DNA of 32,000 nt from an uncultured archaeon (GTDB taxonomy: Archaea; Asgardarchaeota; Lokiarchaeia; Sigyniarchaeales; Promethearchaeaceae), in contig CAYRPF010000018.1 of assembly GCA_964426185.1 (NCBI GenBank), positions 5,136 through 37,135 of the forward strand, read 5' to 3'. The position numbers were made by a program, and so were the translations under genes. This document shows, one piece after another, positions 1 to 9,515 of this stretch; position 1 is the stretch's first letter, and every line of letters begins with the position of its first letter. The notes beneath the pieces are model-generated. The model saw only the letters and a list, made by a program, of their open reading frames with translations. It had not been told where the DNA came from and searched no databases.

Positions 1-5
1 TTTTA

Positions 6-1709
6 TTATAAAATAATTTGTCCAAGCAGTTTCTCTTTGAGGTGCTCTTCCAAGATACTTAATGGTAACGCGCCAAATTCTAAGACCGCTTCATGAAATT
101 CTTTAATATCGAATTTCTCTTCAAGTTGAGCCTTAATCGTTTCCCGGAATTTGTGTATCTGGAGAAATCCTATTCGATAAGCCAAAGCTTGAGCAGGCAT
201 ATCGCATGCATATCTCAAACATTCAGTGTGTATTGTTGAGTCATCTCCAAAATGATTCTCTTTCATAAATTTCTTTGCTTTTTCAAGTGACCATCCAAAA
301 TAATTTAAGCCGGTATCAACGACGAGTCGGATGGCAAACATTTTGCGCCCAAAAAGACCCCCTATTTGATCCATCGGATTAGAAATAACTCCAAATTCAT
401 ATCCCAAGTTTGAAGCATATTCTGCCCAGCCTTCCAAGTAGCTATTATCTAATGGGACTTTCTGGAATGGATCCAAGTTGTCGTTTTCTAAAGTCAATGA
501 AATTTGAAAGTGATGCCCTGGGTACAATTCATGTAAAGCGATTGCGGGGATTTGAAGAAATTCTTTTGCTCCAACATTTGAAGCATTGTAATAATAGATT
601 CCTTCATTTCGACCACCCAAAGGGGGCTCATATTCGCCAAAAGTCAAGGAACCTTCTAAATTTGGAGGTAACCGCTTAATAATACCGGGTGTTTTAGGGA
701 ACTTCTTAAAAACTCTTGGGATTAACTTATCTTGAACTTCTTTCAAAAAAGCTTCAAGTCTGGCTTTAATTTTGGAGGGATTTTGACCAGAATATTGAGG
801 ATCTGTTGTAATTTTGCGGTAGATTGTGTTGACATCCCCTTCTATGCCATTTTTTTCCATAATAGCTTCGATTCTATGGTTCAATCTGTCGATTTCATCT
901 AAACCAAGCTGATGTATTTCTTCAGGACTCCATGAATAGGAAATATTGTTCTTAATTAAATTCAGATAAGCTGCTTTTCCACCTGGATATTGCCATAAGC
1001 CGATGGTATCCGGAGCTTGCTCCCAATAATCTCCTTGTATAAAGGAAATAATCTCATTCATCCGGGGTAGAATTACAGTTTCAATTTTATTTTTACATGA
1101 GTTTACAAATTCACGCACTTTCACATCATTGAAAGATTTAAGCCGAGTTTCCGAAACCATTAGCAAGTTCTTTTCGATTGGGGAAGCAAAGCTTTTCCAC
1201 ATCGGAATTATTAATTTTAGTTCTGGTTTAGGAATGAAAATGTCCTTTTCTAATTGTTTCTTGGTGAAAATAAGCATATCGTGCAATTTTTTCCCAAGAT
1301 CATCCAAAAGGTTAAGATAATCATCTAAATCGTTTTCATTTCTGAATTGAAACTCTGAAAAAGAATTAAAATTAAGTATTTCTGACCCCGAATATGGTGA
1401 AAGTGGGAACTGTATCCAAAAATGGTTAAAACTATCAATTTTTGAGTTTAGTAAAAACAATATGAGACGTTTTGAGTTTTTTTGGGATTCAGAAAGTTGT
1501 TCATCCTTAAATGTGTTCAATTTTTGAAGATATTGTTTAAATCTATTAATAACAACGAGGTTGTCTTCATAGGAAATAGGCTGTATTTTTTTTAAGTTCA
1601 ATCCTTTTATCATTGAAAGTACCGGGTATATTTCAGAATAAAAGTTAAACATCTCTTGGACAAAAGCCGAGTATTCTTCATTTTGTTTTTGTTGATTCAT
1701 AGCATTCAC
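6..1709 (-). CDS. DUF885 family protein (predicted metallopeptidase-like)
   Basis: 567 aa; family motifs HELYPGHHFQ, EGWAEYA, RLVVDTGL, PAQALAYRIG, FDIKEFHEAVL; no signal peptide seen; start may be ATG at 1700. Confidence 0.9.
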   Translation of the reverse strand: MNAMNQQKQNEEYSAFVQEMFNFYSEIYPVLSMIKGLNLKKIQPISYEDNLVVINRFKQYLQKLNTFKDEQLSESQKNSKRLILFLLNSKIDSFNHFWIQFPLSPYSGSEILNFNSFSEFQFRNENDLDDYLNLLDDLGKKLHDMLIFTKKQLEKDIFIPKPELKLIIPMWKSFASPIEKNLLMVSETRLKSFNDVKVREFVNSCKNKIETVILPRMNEIISFIQGDYWEQAPDTIGLWQYPGGKAAYLNLIKNNISYSWSPEEIHQLGLDEIDRLNHRIEAIMEKNGIEGDVNTIYRKITTDPQYSGQNPSKIKARLEAFLKEVQDKLIPRVFKKFPKTPGIIKRLPPNLEGSLTFGEYEPPLGGRNEGIYYYNASNVGAKEFLQIPAIALHELYPGHHFQISLTLENDNLDPFQKVPLDNSYLEGWAEYASNLGYEFGVISNPMDQIGGLFGRKMFAIRLVVDTGLNYFGWSLEKAKKFMKENHFGDDSTIHTECLRYACDMPAQALAYRIGFLQIHKFRETIKAQLEEKFDIKEFHEAVLEFGALPLSILEEHLKEKLLGQIIL

Positions 1710-1764
1710 TCATTCTTTTATAATTCAAAAAACGGTTTCTTTTACTTATTGCTTTTACTGTTAC

Positions 1765-2979
1765 TTACTGGGGATATTGTAAATGACCTTCATTGTAAAT
1801 GATCATGTCGTCCGCTTTTATACAGCCATCTTGTCGGAGGTCAAAAATCTGGTAATTTTTCGGATGATTGTTGCAAAATGAAAGAATCACCAAACCTTCG
1901 AAAATGAATTTCATTCCCCACTTAGCTAAAGAATTTGAAATAGGGTTGTTAATTTCAATTTCGGAGACTGGATGGAGCCCAATCTCAAAATCCATAATTT
2001 TTTCGAAAGAATTTTGCAGGGCTTTGATTGATTCTTCATTTAAGTTATTATCTAGATCTCTGATATCAAAATTGGCTTTCCCATTCTGATAATTAATTTT
2101 TAAAGATTTGATGCCCAAATTTTCATTCATTTCGGGCTCAAAAATTGTCATACTCCCGCAAACAGATGAGGGATAGACTTTAACGATGATTTTACCGTCA
2201 GGGATAAATGAATGACCCACAGAGTTCTCGAGTGTTTCAGCATCGATAGTAAATTCTAAATTTAAATTAGAAGAAGAAATGGAAATATGGGATTTTTCCT
2301 TTAGAATAGAAATTAATTGATTTCCTTTGTTTTCCATTTGACTCCAAGCTGCAATTGGATCAGGACGGTCTAATAAATATGCCTTCGTGGATAAATTCTG
2401 ATAATTCAGAATATCAGTTGGGTTTTGCAAATCATTGACATTGAATTTGAATGGATAACCCACATAAACTTCTTGATGTTTGCCCTCTTCGATGAGTTTA
2501 TCCTTAATTTCGTCAATTTTGTCATAAACTTGGGAATTTACCGTAAGAGTTTCGGGGGGGATTGAATCTAACTCTCCTGGATAGAGCATATTGTAAATTT
2601 GAATAACAACATCCACCTTTTGATTGAAAAATTCTGCCATGGGATCAACCATTTTTATAGCATCTTTAGAGCCCAATTTGTATAATAAAAATCTCCTCCC
2701 TGGGAAATCTATCAGTGGTCGAACAGGATATGCCTCCTTTTTGAGAATTTCTCGATAAATTTCCTTAATTAAAGGTAAAGCGGAATAAAGACCCATGATC
2801 AGGACAGTCTGACCTTCATGAATATCCACACAATAAGAAGTTACGACTTTTGCGTAAGACCGAAAATCGATTTTAACTTTGTCATGAACTCCTAAGTCAA
2901 ATCCATGATAATAATTATCATCTTTATCAAATATTAATGAACTATAAGATATTTCAGATATTTTATCTTCTTTTTCCAT
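1765..2979 (-). CDS. M29 (AmpS/AmpT-type) aminopeptidase homologue, catalytic motifs degenerate
   Basis: N-terminal YAKVVTSYCVDIHEGQTVLI..PLIKEIYREILKKEAYP and DPIAAW match M29; C-terminal ligand motifs altered (IPDGK, MDFEIG, YQIFDL). Confidence 0.75.
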   Translation of the reverse strand: MEKEDKISEISYSSLIFDKDDNYYHGFDLGVHDKVKIDFRSYAKVVTSYCVDIHEGQTVLIMGLYSALPLIKEIYREILKKEAYPVRPLIDFPGRRFLLYKLGSKDAIKMVDPMAEFFNQKVDVVIQIYNMLYPGELDSIPPETLTVNSQVYDKIDEIKDKLIEEGKHQEVYVGYPFKFNVNDLQNPTDILNYQNLSTKAYLLDRPDPIAAWSQMENKGNQLISILKEKSHISISSSNLNLEFTIDAETLENSVGHSFIPDGKIIVKVYPSSVCGSMTIFEPEMNENLGIKSLKINYQNGKANFDIRDLDNNLNEESIKALQNSFEKIMDFEIGLHPVSEIEINNPISNSLAKWGMKFIFEGLVILSFCNNHPKNYQIFDLRQDGCIKADDMIIYNEGHLQYPQ

Positions 2980-3020
2980 AGTTTCATCTCTATATAGTAA
3001 TTATATTTGTATGCACCATG

Positions 3021-3053
3021 TATACTTGATAATTAATCTAATATACTTGATAA
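3021..3053. repeat. Direct repeat TATACTTGATAA x2, 21-bp period
   Basis: Copies at 3021-3032 and 3042-3053, upstream of the aminopeptidase-like gene. Confidence 0.85.
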
Positions 3054-3137
3054 ATTCTTGGGTTTAATAAATGATTAACTTACCAATATTTTGAATGATT
3101 TACTCTGGTAACACCAATTGTATAGTCCAAATCCCCT

Positions 3138-3174
3138 AAAATTACACCAAAAAGTGAGAAAATTACACCAAAAA
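3138..3174. repeat. Direct repeat AAAATTACACCAAAAA x2, 21-bp period
   Basis: Copies at 3138-3153 and 3159-3174. Confidence 0.85.
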
Positions 3175-3567
3175 AGGAATTTTTCATGAAGGTAAGCGAG
3201 AATGATAAAATATTTTTTTTTTCAAGTCAATTCTAAACAAATGTTTTCGGGAGTGAAATATCACTGAAAATTGATTTTGGGGGATTTAACTCTTGGGAGG
3301 TGTATTTTAAAAACGTTCACTATTATAATCACACTATTGCAAAATGCAGGAATTAGAATAGAATTTTGGGTGAAATAGAGAAGAATAGAATAAAAAATAA
3401 AAACAAAAAAGAAAGGGATTCTTTTAAAATAATAAATATTTTTTTGCCGAGGCAAGAATCCCCCAAAGAACCTCCCCACTAAACTAAAGCTAAATATTAT
3501 ATATACAACTGTTCAATATTTCACGACATTCTATCAAAATATTTGTTGTACCTACCTTCGCTTCAGC

Positions 3568-3715
3568 GATCTATATTTGGAAAATTCGACTATTTAAAAT
3601 TTACCCATCGAGAAATTATAACAAAGTTAAGATCTATATTTTAAATTAGTAATTTTTAGATATTATAACAAAGTAATGGAATTCGATAAAACAATTTAAT
3701 TCAAATAAGATCTAT
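3568..3715. repeat. Interleaved repeats GATCTAT(ATTT) x3 and ATTATAACAAAGT x2
   Basis: GATCTATATTT at 3568 and 3631, AAGATCTAT at 3707; ATTATAACAAAGT at 3615 and 3662. Confidence 0.75.
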
Positions 3716-3736
3716 CGTTATTCTAAGTCAAGACTA

Positions 3737-4591
3737 ATGGCTATTATCAAAACTAAATCATATTATGTGAAACCATCAGATAGTAGGGAATGGTTGATAA
3801 TTGGAGATATAATAAATCATAAAGAAGTTGATGTTGAGATTAAAACATTGGATTATCTTTTTCATTGCGAACCTAAGGAAATTGAAATTGATGGCATCAA
3901 AGTGATGTGCAGTAGGCTGTGCTGTTATACGGGATGCTACGTATCGAAAGAAGAGATTAATGAAGCACAAAGGCAAATTCCAAAAATATCTTCCTATCTA
4001 CAAGAAGATTCCATAAAATTATTGAAATTAAATAATTTTCAAATTTACAATCCAGATGATTATGATCCTGAAGAGAATCTTTATAAAATTCGTTGTGCTC
4101 CTGCAGAATGGAATTTTGCAGATGACGATGAAGAAAATGAAGATGACGATGAAGAAATGGAAGATAATAAGGAAACTAATGTCGATGAAGAAAATGATGA
4201 ATTTGACCTTCCTCCTCGAAATCATTGCATCTTTCTAATGAAAAATGGATATTGTGCGCTTCACAAATATTACCTTGACGCCAATGAAAACTGGATAAAG
4301 AAAAAATTCAATATTTGCTCCACTTTTCCCTTAGATCTTCGTCCACAAGATGGAACTATGGCTTTTATGTCAGATTTCAATGAGTTTGCATTTGGTGAAG
4401 TGGAATGCTTATGTAGTGATCGAGACTTGAAAGAAAAACTGAATTATCCTCAAATTATTGAGGAAATGAGAGATGTTATCATTGATCGGTTTGGAGAGAC
4501 TTGGTTTGGCGCCTTGAGCCAATGTGCAAAGGATTTTCGTGTAGGCACTATTGATCTGGATTATATTTATTCAGATGTTGATCTTGAATAA
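3737..4591 (+). CDS. Cys-cluster protein, DUF3109/YkgJ-like, with acidic insertion
   Basis: C..CSRLCCYTGC, CIFL..GYCALH, CSTFPL pattern typical of YkgJ/DUF3109 zinc or Fe-S proteins. Confidence 0.7.
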   Translation: MAIIKTKSYYVKPSDSREWLIIGDIINHKEVDVEIKTLDYLFHCEPKEIEIDGIKVMCSRLCCYTGCYVSKEEINEAQRQIPKISSYLQEDSIKLLKLNNFQIYNPDDYDPEENLYKIRCAPAEWNFADDDEENEDDDEEMEDNKETNVDEENDEFDLPPRNHCIFLMKNGYCALHKYYLDANENWIKKKFNICSTFPLDLRPQDGTMAFMSDFNEFAFGEVECLCSDRDLKEKLNYPQIIEEMRDVIIDRFGETWFGALSQCAKDFRVGTIDLDYIYSDVDLE

Positions 4592-4739
4592 AAAAACTGG
4601 TTTTTTCATAAATTCTTACTCTTCAAATTATCTCAATTTGAGAGAAATGTAATAGCAATATTTTTATTTTTATTAAAATAACAGTCAAGAAAGGTTCCGC
4701 ATGATTAGAAGTGGGACAGTTGTGGGTTGAAATATAGCA

Positions 4740-6413
4740 ATGGCGATTAATAAGCGAATTTTGGATGAATTAGAAAAGAATCTAACAATAGGAAAATTGA
4801 TTGATATCGTGGCTGATCTTTATCCTGATGTAGAAGCTGCGATTTTTGACGATCTCCGGAAAACATGGACTGAATTTCATGGAGATATCATGAAATTAGC
4901 GATTGGATTGCATAAGTTAGGATTCAAAAAAGGTGATAAAGCAGGTGTATGGGCGAAAAATATCTATGAATGGATGGTGGCATGGTTTGCTTTGCCTAAA
5001 ATTGGCGTTACTCTGATCCCTATGGATTCATGGTACCAACCATTTGAAGCGGAATATATTCTTAAACATAGTGAAGCTGTCGGACTCATCTGCACCTCCG
5101 ATTATATTCCGATGATCGAAAGTTTTCGAGAGAAATTACCGAATTTGAAGCATATTGTGCTAATGGATAGTCCGGAAGAAATTAAAACGTCCATGGATGG
5201 TGTAGTGAGGATGAAAGATGTGATGGATGTTGAATTATCTCAGGAAAATATCCAAAAAGTTCAAAAAATTCAAGATTATATTCAAAAAGATGAAGTCACT
5301 TTTATCCTCTACACCAGCGGCACCACTGGAAAACCTAAAGGTGCTCAATTAACACACTACAATATTCTACGTAATACTGTGGATACTGCGAATGTAATGC
5401 GATGCGGTCCAGAAGATAAATATCTTATTCCAGTACCTTTCAGTCACTGTTTTGGTAATACTCTCGGAATAACCACGGCAACTTTGACTGGTTCTTCAAT
5501 GATCCCATTACTGGATCAAACTCCGTCTGTCGCAATGCGAAAGGTTATGGATGAACATGTTACCGTAGCACACGGCACCCCCACTCATTTTATTCGATAT
5601 ATTCGATATTTGCAAGAACATCCCGAAATAGATGTCTCTCACCTTCGAACTGGGATAATTGCTGGTGCTCCCTGTCCGCCAGATACCATGCGTGGAATCA
5701 TGGATGTTATGCATATGCAAGATATTGTAATCGGCTATGGATTAACTGAAGCAAGCCCTATCATCACTCTTACTCAACCCGATGATCCTTTCGAATATCG
5801 GGTGAATTCTGTTGGGAAAGCAATTCCCGATATTGATGTGAGAATTGTAGATAGTGATAATAACGAAGTTCCAGTAGGAGAAGCGGGAGAATTAGTAGTA
5901 AAGGGTTATAATGTGATGAAAGGTTATTATAAATCAGATTTTCAACCAATCGATGAAAAAGGATATTTGCATACTGGTGATTTGGCCACTGTGGATGAAA
6001 ATGGTTACTATAAAATAGTAGGACGCAAAAAAGATATGATTATTTACGGTGGATTTAACGTATACCCGAAAGCGGTGGAAGATTTCCTTATTCAACATGA
6101 AGATATCTTAGAAGTTGCAGTAGTAGGGGTTCCTGATGAAGAATATGGAGAGTTAGTTACAGCAATTATAAGAAAACCGAAAGAATCCACATTAACGGAA
6201 CAAGATGTGGTTGATTATTGCTATGGAACAATTAACAGTCCGAGTGTTCCTAGATATGTTCGATTTGATATAAAATTACCTCTTAGCGGCCGTGGAAAAG
6301 TTCAAAAATATAAACTGCGAAATCAATTGAAGAAAATGAAAGAAGAAGGTAATTTGGGACCAAAACTGGTTCCTACTAAAGTAAAAGAGAAGCACAAGCA
6401 AAAAAATAATTAA
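4740..6413 (+). CDS. AMP-binding acyl-CoA synthetase (long/medium-chain fatty acid-CoA ligase)
   Basis: YTSGTTGKPKG, GYGLTEAS, HTGDLA, GRKKDMII, GKVQK motifs. Confidence 0.93.
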   Translation: MAINKRILDELEKNLTIGKLIDIVADLYPDVEAAIFDDLRKTWTEFHGDIMKLAIGLHKLGFKKGDKAGVWAKNIYEWMVAWFALPKIGVTLIPMDSWYQPFEAEYILKHSEAVGLICTSDYIPMIESFREKLPNLKHIVLMDSPEEIKTSMDGVVRMKDVMDVELSQENIQKVQKIQDYIQKDEVTFILYTSGTTGKPKGAQLTHYNILRNTVDTANVMRCGPEDKYLIPVPFSHCFGNTLGITTATLTGSSMIPLLDQTPSVAMRKVMDEHVTVAHGTPTHFIRYIRYLQEHPEIDVSHLRTGIIAGAPCPPDTMRGIMDVMHMQDIVIGYGLTEASPIITLTQPDDPFEYRVNSVGKAIPDIDVRIVDSDNNEVPVGEAGELVVKGYNVMKGYYKSDFQPIDEKGYLHTGDLATVDENGYYKIVGRKKDMIIYGGFNVYPKAVEDFLIQHEDILEVAVVGVPDEEYGELVTAIIRKPKESTLTEQDVVDYCYGTINSPSVPRYVRFDIKLPLSGRGKVQKYKLRNQLKKMKEEGNLGPKLVPTKVKEKHKQKNN

Positions 6414-6537
6414 GAAATTCTACAGATGGATTAATCCTATTTTTTCATATTTTTACTTAAAAATTTTCTGATTTATTTTCACCGTGTGCTTTTTTTGGTA
6501 ACCATACCTATGAAATAGTGAAATAAAGGTGTGTTAA

Positions 6538-7854
6538 GTGAACTTTAAAATAGAAAAAATCCATGCTCGATGGATTCTTGATTCACGCGGGAATCCCACC
6601 GTGGAATGTGATATGTGGGCTGGCGAAAATACTTTCGTTCGCGCAGCTGTTCCTTCAGGTGCTTCAACTGGAGAAGCTGAAGCCGTAGAACTACGAGATA
6701 ATGATCCGACCAAATTCGGCGGGAAAGGAGTACTGAAAGCGGTCTCGAACATCAATACCAAGATTAGTAAAATTGTTGTGGGGATGGATTGTTCCCAACA
6801 AAAAGCTTTGGATCAAGCCATGATCGATGCCGATGGAACACAGAATAAGGGTAATTTCGGAGCAAATGCAATTTTAGCTATATCGATGTGTGCAATGAAG
6901 GCGGCTGCGAAAATTCAGCAAAAGCCACTATATCAATACGTTTATGAATTAGCTCATGATGGCAAAACTGCCGACAAATATTTATTGCCAATCCCTTCAT
7001 CAAATGTCCTTAATGGTGGAAAACATGCTGGAGGGGATTTGGCTCCACAAGAATTTATGATTCAAGCAATTGGGGCTCCAAATTTTCGAGAAGCAATTCG
7101 CATGACAGCAGAAGTTTATCATACTATGAAAAAAGTAATTAAACAAAAATACGGTGCAACTTCTGTTAATGTAGGCGATGAAGGTGGATTTGCCCCAGCA
7201 TTATCGACCACACGGGAAGCCTTAGATATAATTATGGAATCTATTAAACAATCAGGTTATGCCCCAGGTAAAGATATCGTTTTGGCGATGGATCCTGCTG
7301 CTTCTGAATTTTATGATAAAGAAAACAAAGTATATAATATCGATGGAAAAGCTCTAACACCGGCTGAGTTAGTGGATTACTGGGCAGGAATTGTAAATGA
7401 ATATCCAATAAAATCTTTAGAAGATCCATTCGATGAAGAAGGATGGTCCGAATTTGCTGCACTTAAGGCAAAGATTGGAAATCAATGTCAGATTGTTGGC
7501 GATGATTTAACCGTTACTAACGTGAAACGACTACAAAAGGCTATTGATATGAATGCCATTAGCTCTTTACTTCTAAAAATCAATCAAATTGGAACAATAA
7601 CGGAAGCTATTGAAGCAGCAAAGCTTACGTTTAGTCATGGTTATACGGTAATGGTTTCTCATCGCTCGGGTGAAACATGTGATAATACCATTGCAGATAT
7701 TGTAGTAGGATTGTGTACTGGGCAAATTAAATCAGGTGCACCTTGTAGAGCCGATCGACTTTCGAAATACAATCAATTAATGAGAATTGAAGAAGAATTG
7801 GATGAAAAAGCCCACTACCCCCAGAAATATTCCGATTTTAAAGATTTTCAATAA
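6538..7854 (+). CDS. eno: Enolase (phosphopyruvate hydratase)
   Basis: DSRGNPTVE, PSGASTG, GDEGGFAP, LLLKINQIGT, SHRSGET; GTG start. Confidence 0.98.
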   Translation: MNFKIEKIHARWILDSRGNPTVECDMWAGENTFVRAAVPSGASTGEAEAVELRDNDPTKFGGKGVLKAVSNINTKISKIVVGMDCSQQKALDQAMIDADGTQNKGNFGANAILAISMCAMKAAAKIQQKPLYQYVYELAHDGKTADKYLLPIPSSNVLNGGKHAGGDLAPQEFMIQAIGAPNFREAIRMTAEVYHTMKKVIKQKYGATSVNVGDEGGFAPALSTTREALDIIMESIKQSGYAPGKDIVLAMDPAASEFYDKENKVYNIDGKALTPAELVDYWAGIVNEYPIKSLEDPFDEEGWSEFAALKAKIGNQCQIVGDDLTVTNVKRLQKAIDMNAISSLLLKINQIGTITEAIEAAKLTFSHGYTVMVSHRSGETCDNTIADIVVGLCTGQIKSGAPCRADRLSKYNQLMRIEEELDEKAHYPQKYSDFKDFQ

Positions 7855-7859
7855 AATAA

Positions 7860-7878
7860 ATTTTTTTCAACTTTTTTT
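7860..7878 (+). terminator. Archaeal-type oligo-T terminator candidate
   Basis: Two T runs directly after the eno stop codon. Confidence 0.5.
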
Positions 7879-7917
7879 CTCGCTCTATTTCCAGATTAAA
7901 TAGGATATTTCAGTGTC

Positions 7918-8736
7918 ATGTTCTGTCAAATCAATGGTATACGCGTTTATTATGAAACCTACGGAAAAGGAATTCCTGTATTGATGTTGCACGGATTCCC
8001 ACTTGATAGTCGAATTATGATAGGGTGCATGGAACCAATCTTTAGGGAGATTACGGGATATCAACGAATTTATCTAGATTTTCCCGGGATGGGTCAAACC
8101 GAAGTATCTCGCCATATAAATTCAACAGACGATATCTTGCAATTTACTTTAGATTTTATTGATCTTATTCTACCTAACAAAGAATTTCTCTTGGTCGGTG
8201 AAAGCTACGGAGGCTATATTGCTAGTGGAATTGCCGTAAAGCGACGAGAATATATTCAAGGATTACTTCTTATTTGTCCGATGTTGGAACCAGATTTTTC
8301 TAAAAGAAATTTACCTAAACGCACTATTTTAGAGCGAGATGAAAAATACTACTGTAATCTTTCTTTAAAATTACAAAAGGAGATTGATTCCTTTTTAGTA
8401 ATAGAAAATGAGCGTATTTGCAAGCGATTTCTCCAAGAAATTCCTCAAGCTATGAAAATTGCAAATATGGAAACATTGAATCGTATTCAGCAGAAATCCT
8501 ATGGTTTTTCATGGGATTTATTTGATATCCCTAATATGTTCTCTTTTCCCGCATTATTTATATGTGGTCGACAAGATGATGTAGTGGGTTATCAAGATGC
8601 TTTGAAATTTTCAGAAAAATTTTCTCATATAACAGTGAGCATTTTGGATAAAGCAGGACATTATGCTCAAGTAGAACAGCAAGAGATTTTTGAGATGCTT
8701 GTTAATGAATGGTTGAAGCGCATAAGAAGTGCATAA
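7918..8736 (+). CDS. Alpha/beta hydrolase
   Basis: HGF oxyanion motif, GESYGG nucleophile elbow, D in GRQDD, H in AGHY. Confidence 0.92.
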   Translation: MFCQINGIRVYYETYGKGIPVLMLHGFPLDSRIMIGCMEPIFREITGYQRIYLDFPGMGQTEVSRHINSTDDILQFTLDFIDLILPNKEFLLVGESYGGYIASGIAVKRREYIQGLLLICPMLEPDFSKRNLPKRTILERDEKYYCNLSLKLQKEIDSFLVIENERICKRFLQEIPQAMKIANMETLNRIQQKSYGFSWDLFDIPNMFSFPALFICGRQDDVVGYQDALKFSEKFSHITVSILDKAGHYAQVEQQEIFEMLVNEWLKRIRSA

Positions 8737-8759
8737 GAAGCGCATGAAAAGTGCATGAA
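8716..8759. repeat. Tandem repeat, 4 x 11 bp (AAGYGCATRAR)
   Basis: aagcgcataag aagtgcataag aagcgcatgaa aagtgcatgaa. Confidence 0.9.
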
Positions 8760-9419
8760 TTATAATTTTATAATCCGGAACAAATCCGCATGAATATATT
8801 TTTGTTTTTTTTTATGATAAGAATAGGAATGTTTTAAGACCAACTGCAATGTAAAAACATGATCAACACGACCTCCCAACTGGGAAATCTTTCGAATTAG
8901 AAATTCACGATTTTGGGGATGGCTCAAATGCAAGGAGTATATCAAATTTGAGATGGAAATTGCTTGTTTTAGGAAAATTACATCAATTCCACGCCTTTTT
9001 ACTCCAAAAGGTGGGTTAGAAACGACTAAAATCGCAGATTTATCTAAAGTATCCCAATTTGTTACATTAAGAATTGTTTCTTCTAACTTTAAGGTGGTTA
9101 AATCTCCCTGTATTAAGGTAATTTTGTCATTTAATTGCAGAGAATCGATGTTTTCTTGGCAAATACTTAAGGCTTCTGGATCAATATCAATTCCTATTGT
9201 TTTTGGCGCACCTAAAACCGCTGCCGCAATTGATAAATTTCCTCCGCCGCATCCCAAGTCGATCACCAACCGATTATTCAAATCTTGGCGTTCAAAAGCA
9301 ATGTGGTAGAAAATATCTGCAGTTGCGATGGCATCGGTATAGTACTGCTCATAATGCGCTTTTGGAGATTGAAATGTTTTTAAACTTTGGATAAGATTGA
9401 TTAACTCTGATTTTTTCAT
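8760..9419 (-). CDS. METTL5-family rRNA m6A methyltransferase
   Basis: EQY motif, DLGCGGG SAM-binding, NPPFG catalytic motif, YSLH. Confidence 0.92.
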   Translation of the reverse strand: MKKSELINLIQSLKTFQSPKAHYEQYYTDAIATADIFYHIAFERQDLNNRLVIDLGCGGGNLSIAAAVLGAPKTIGIDIDPEALSICQENIDSLQLNDKITLIQGDLTTLKLEETILNVTNWDTLDKSAILVVSNPPFGVKRRGIDVIFLKQAISISNLIYSLHLSHPQNREFLIRKISQLGGRVDHVFTLQLVLKHSYSYHKKKQKYIHADLFRIIKL

Positions 9420-9515
9420 ATTTTGATACCGTGTAAATAATGGGATTTCACTTTAAATGTAAAGTAAAAAAAGCATCATTCATTCATTAATCATGCGATT
9501 GGTGAAAAAAAAATA

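Noticed and set aside
3000-3736. CRISPR array or ORB-type replication origin
   Set aside because: Repeats are 11-16 bp with 2-3 copies and no spacer regularity; no ORB consensus, cas or cdc6 genes.
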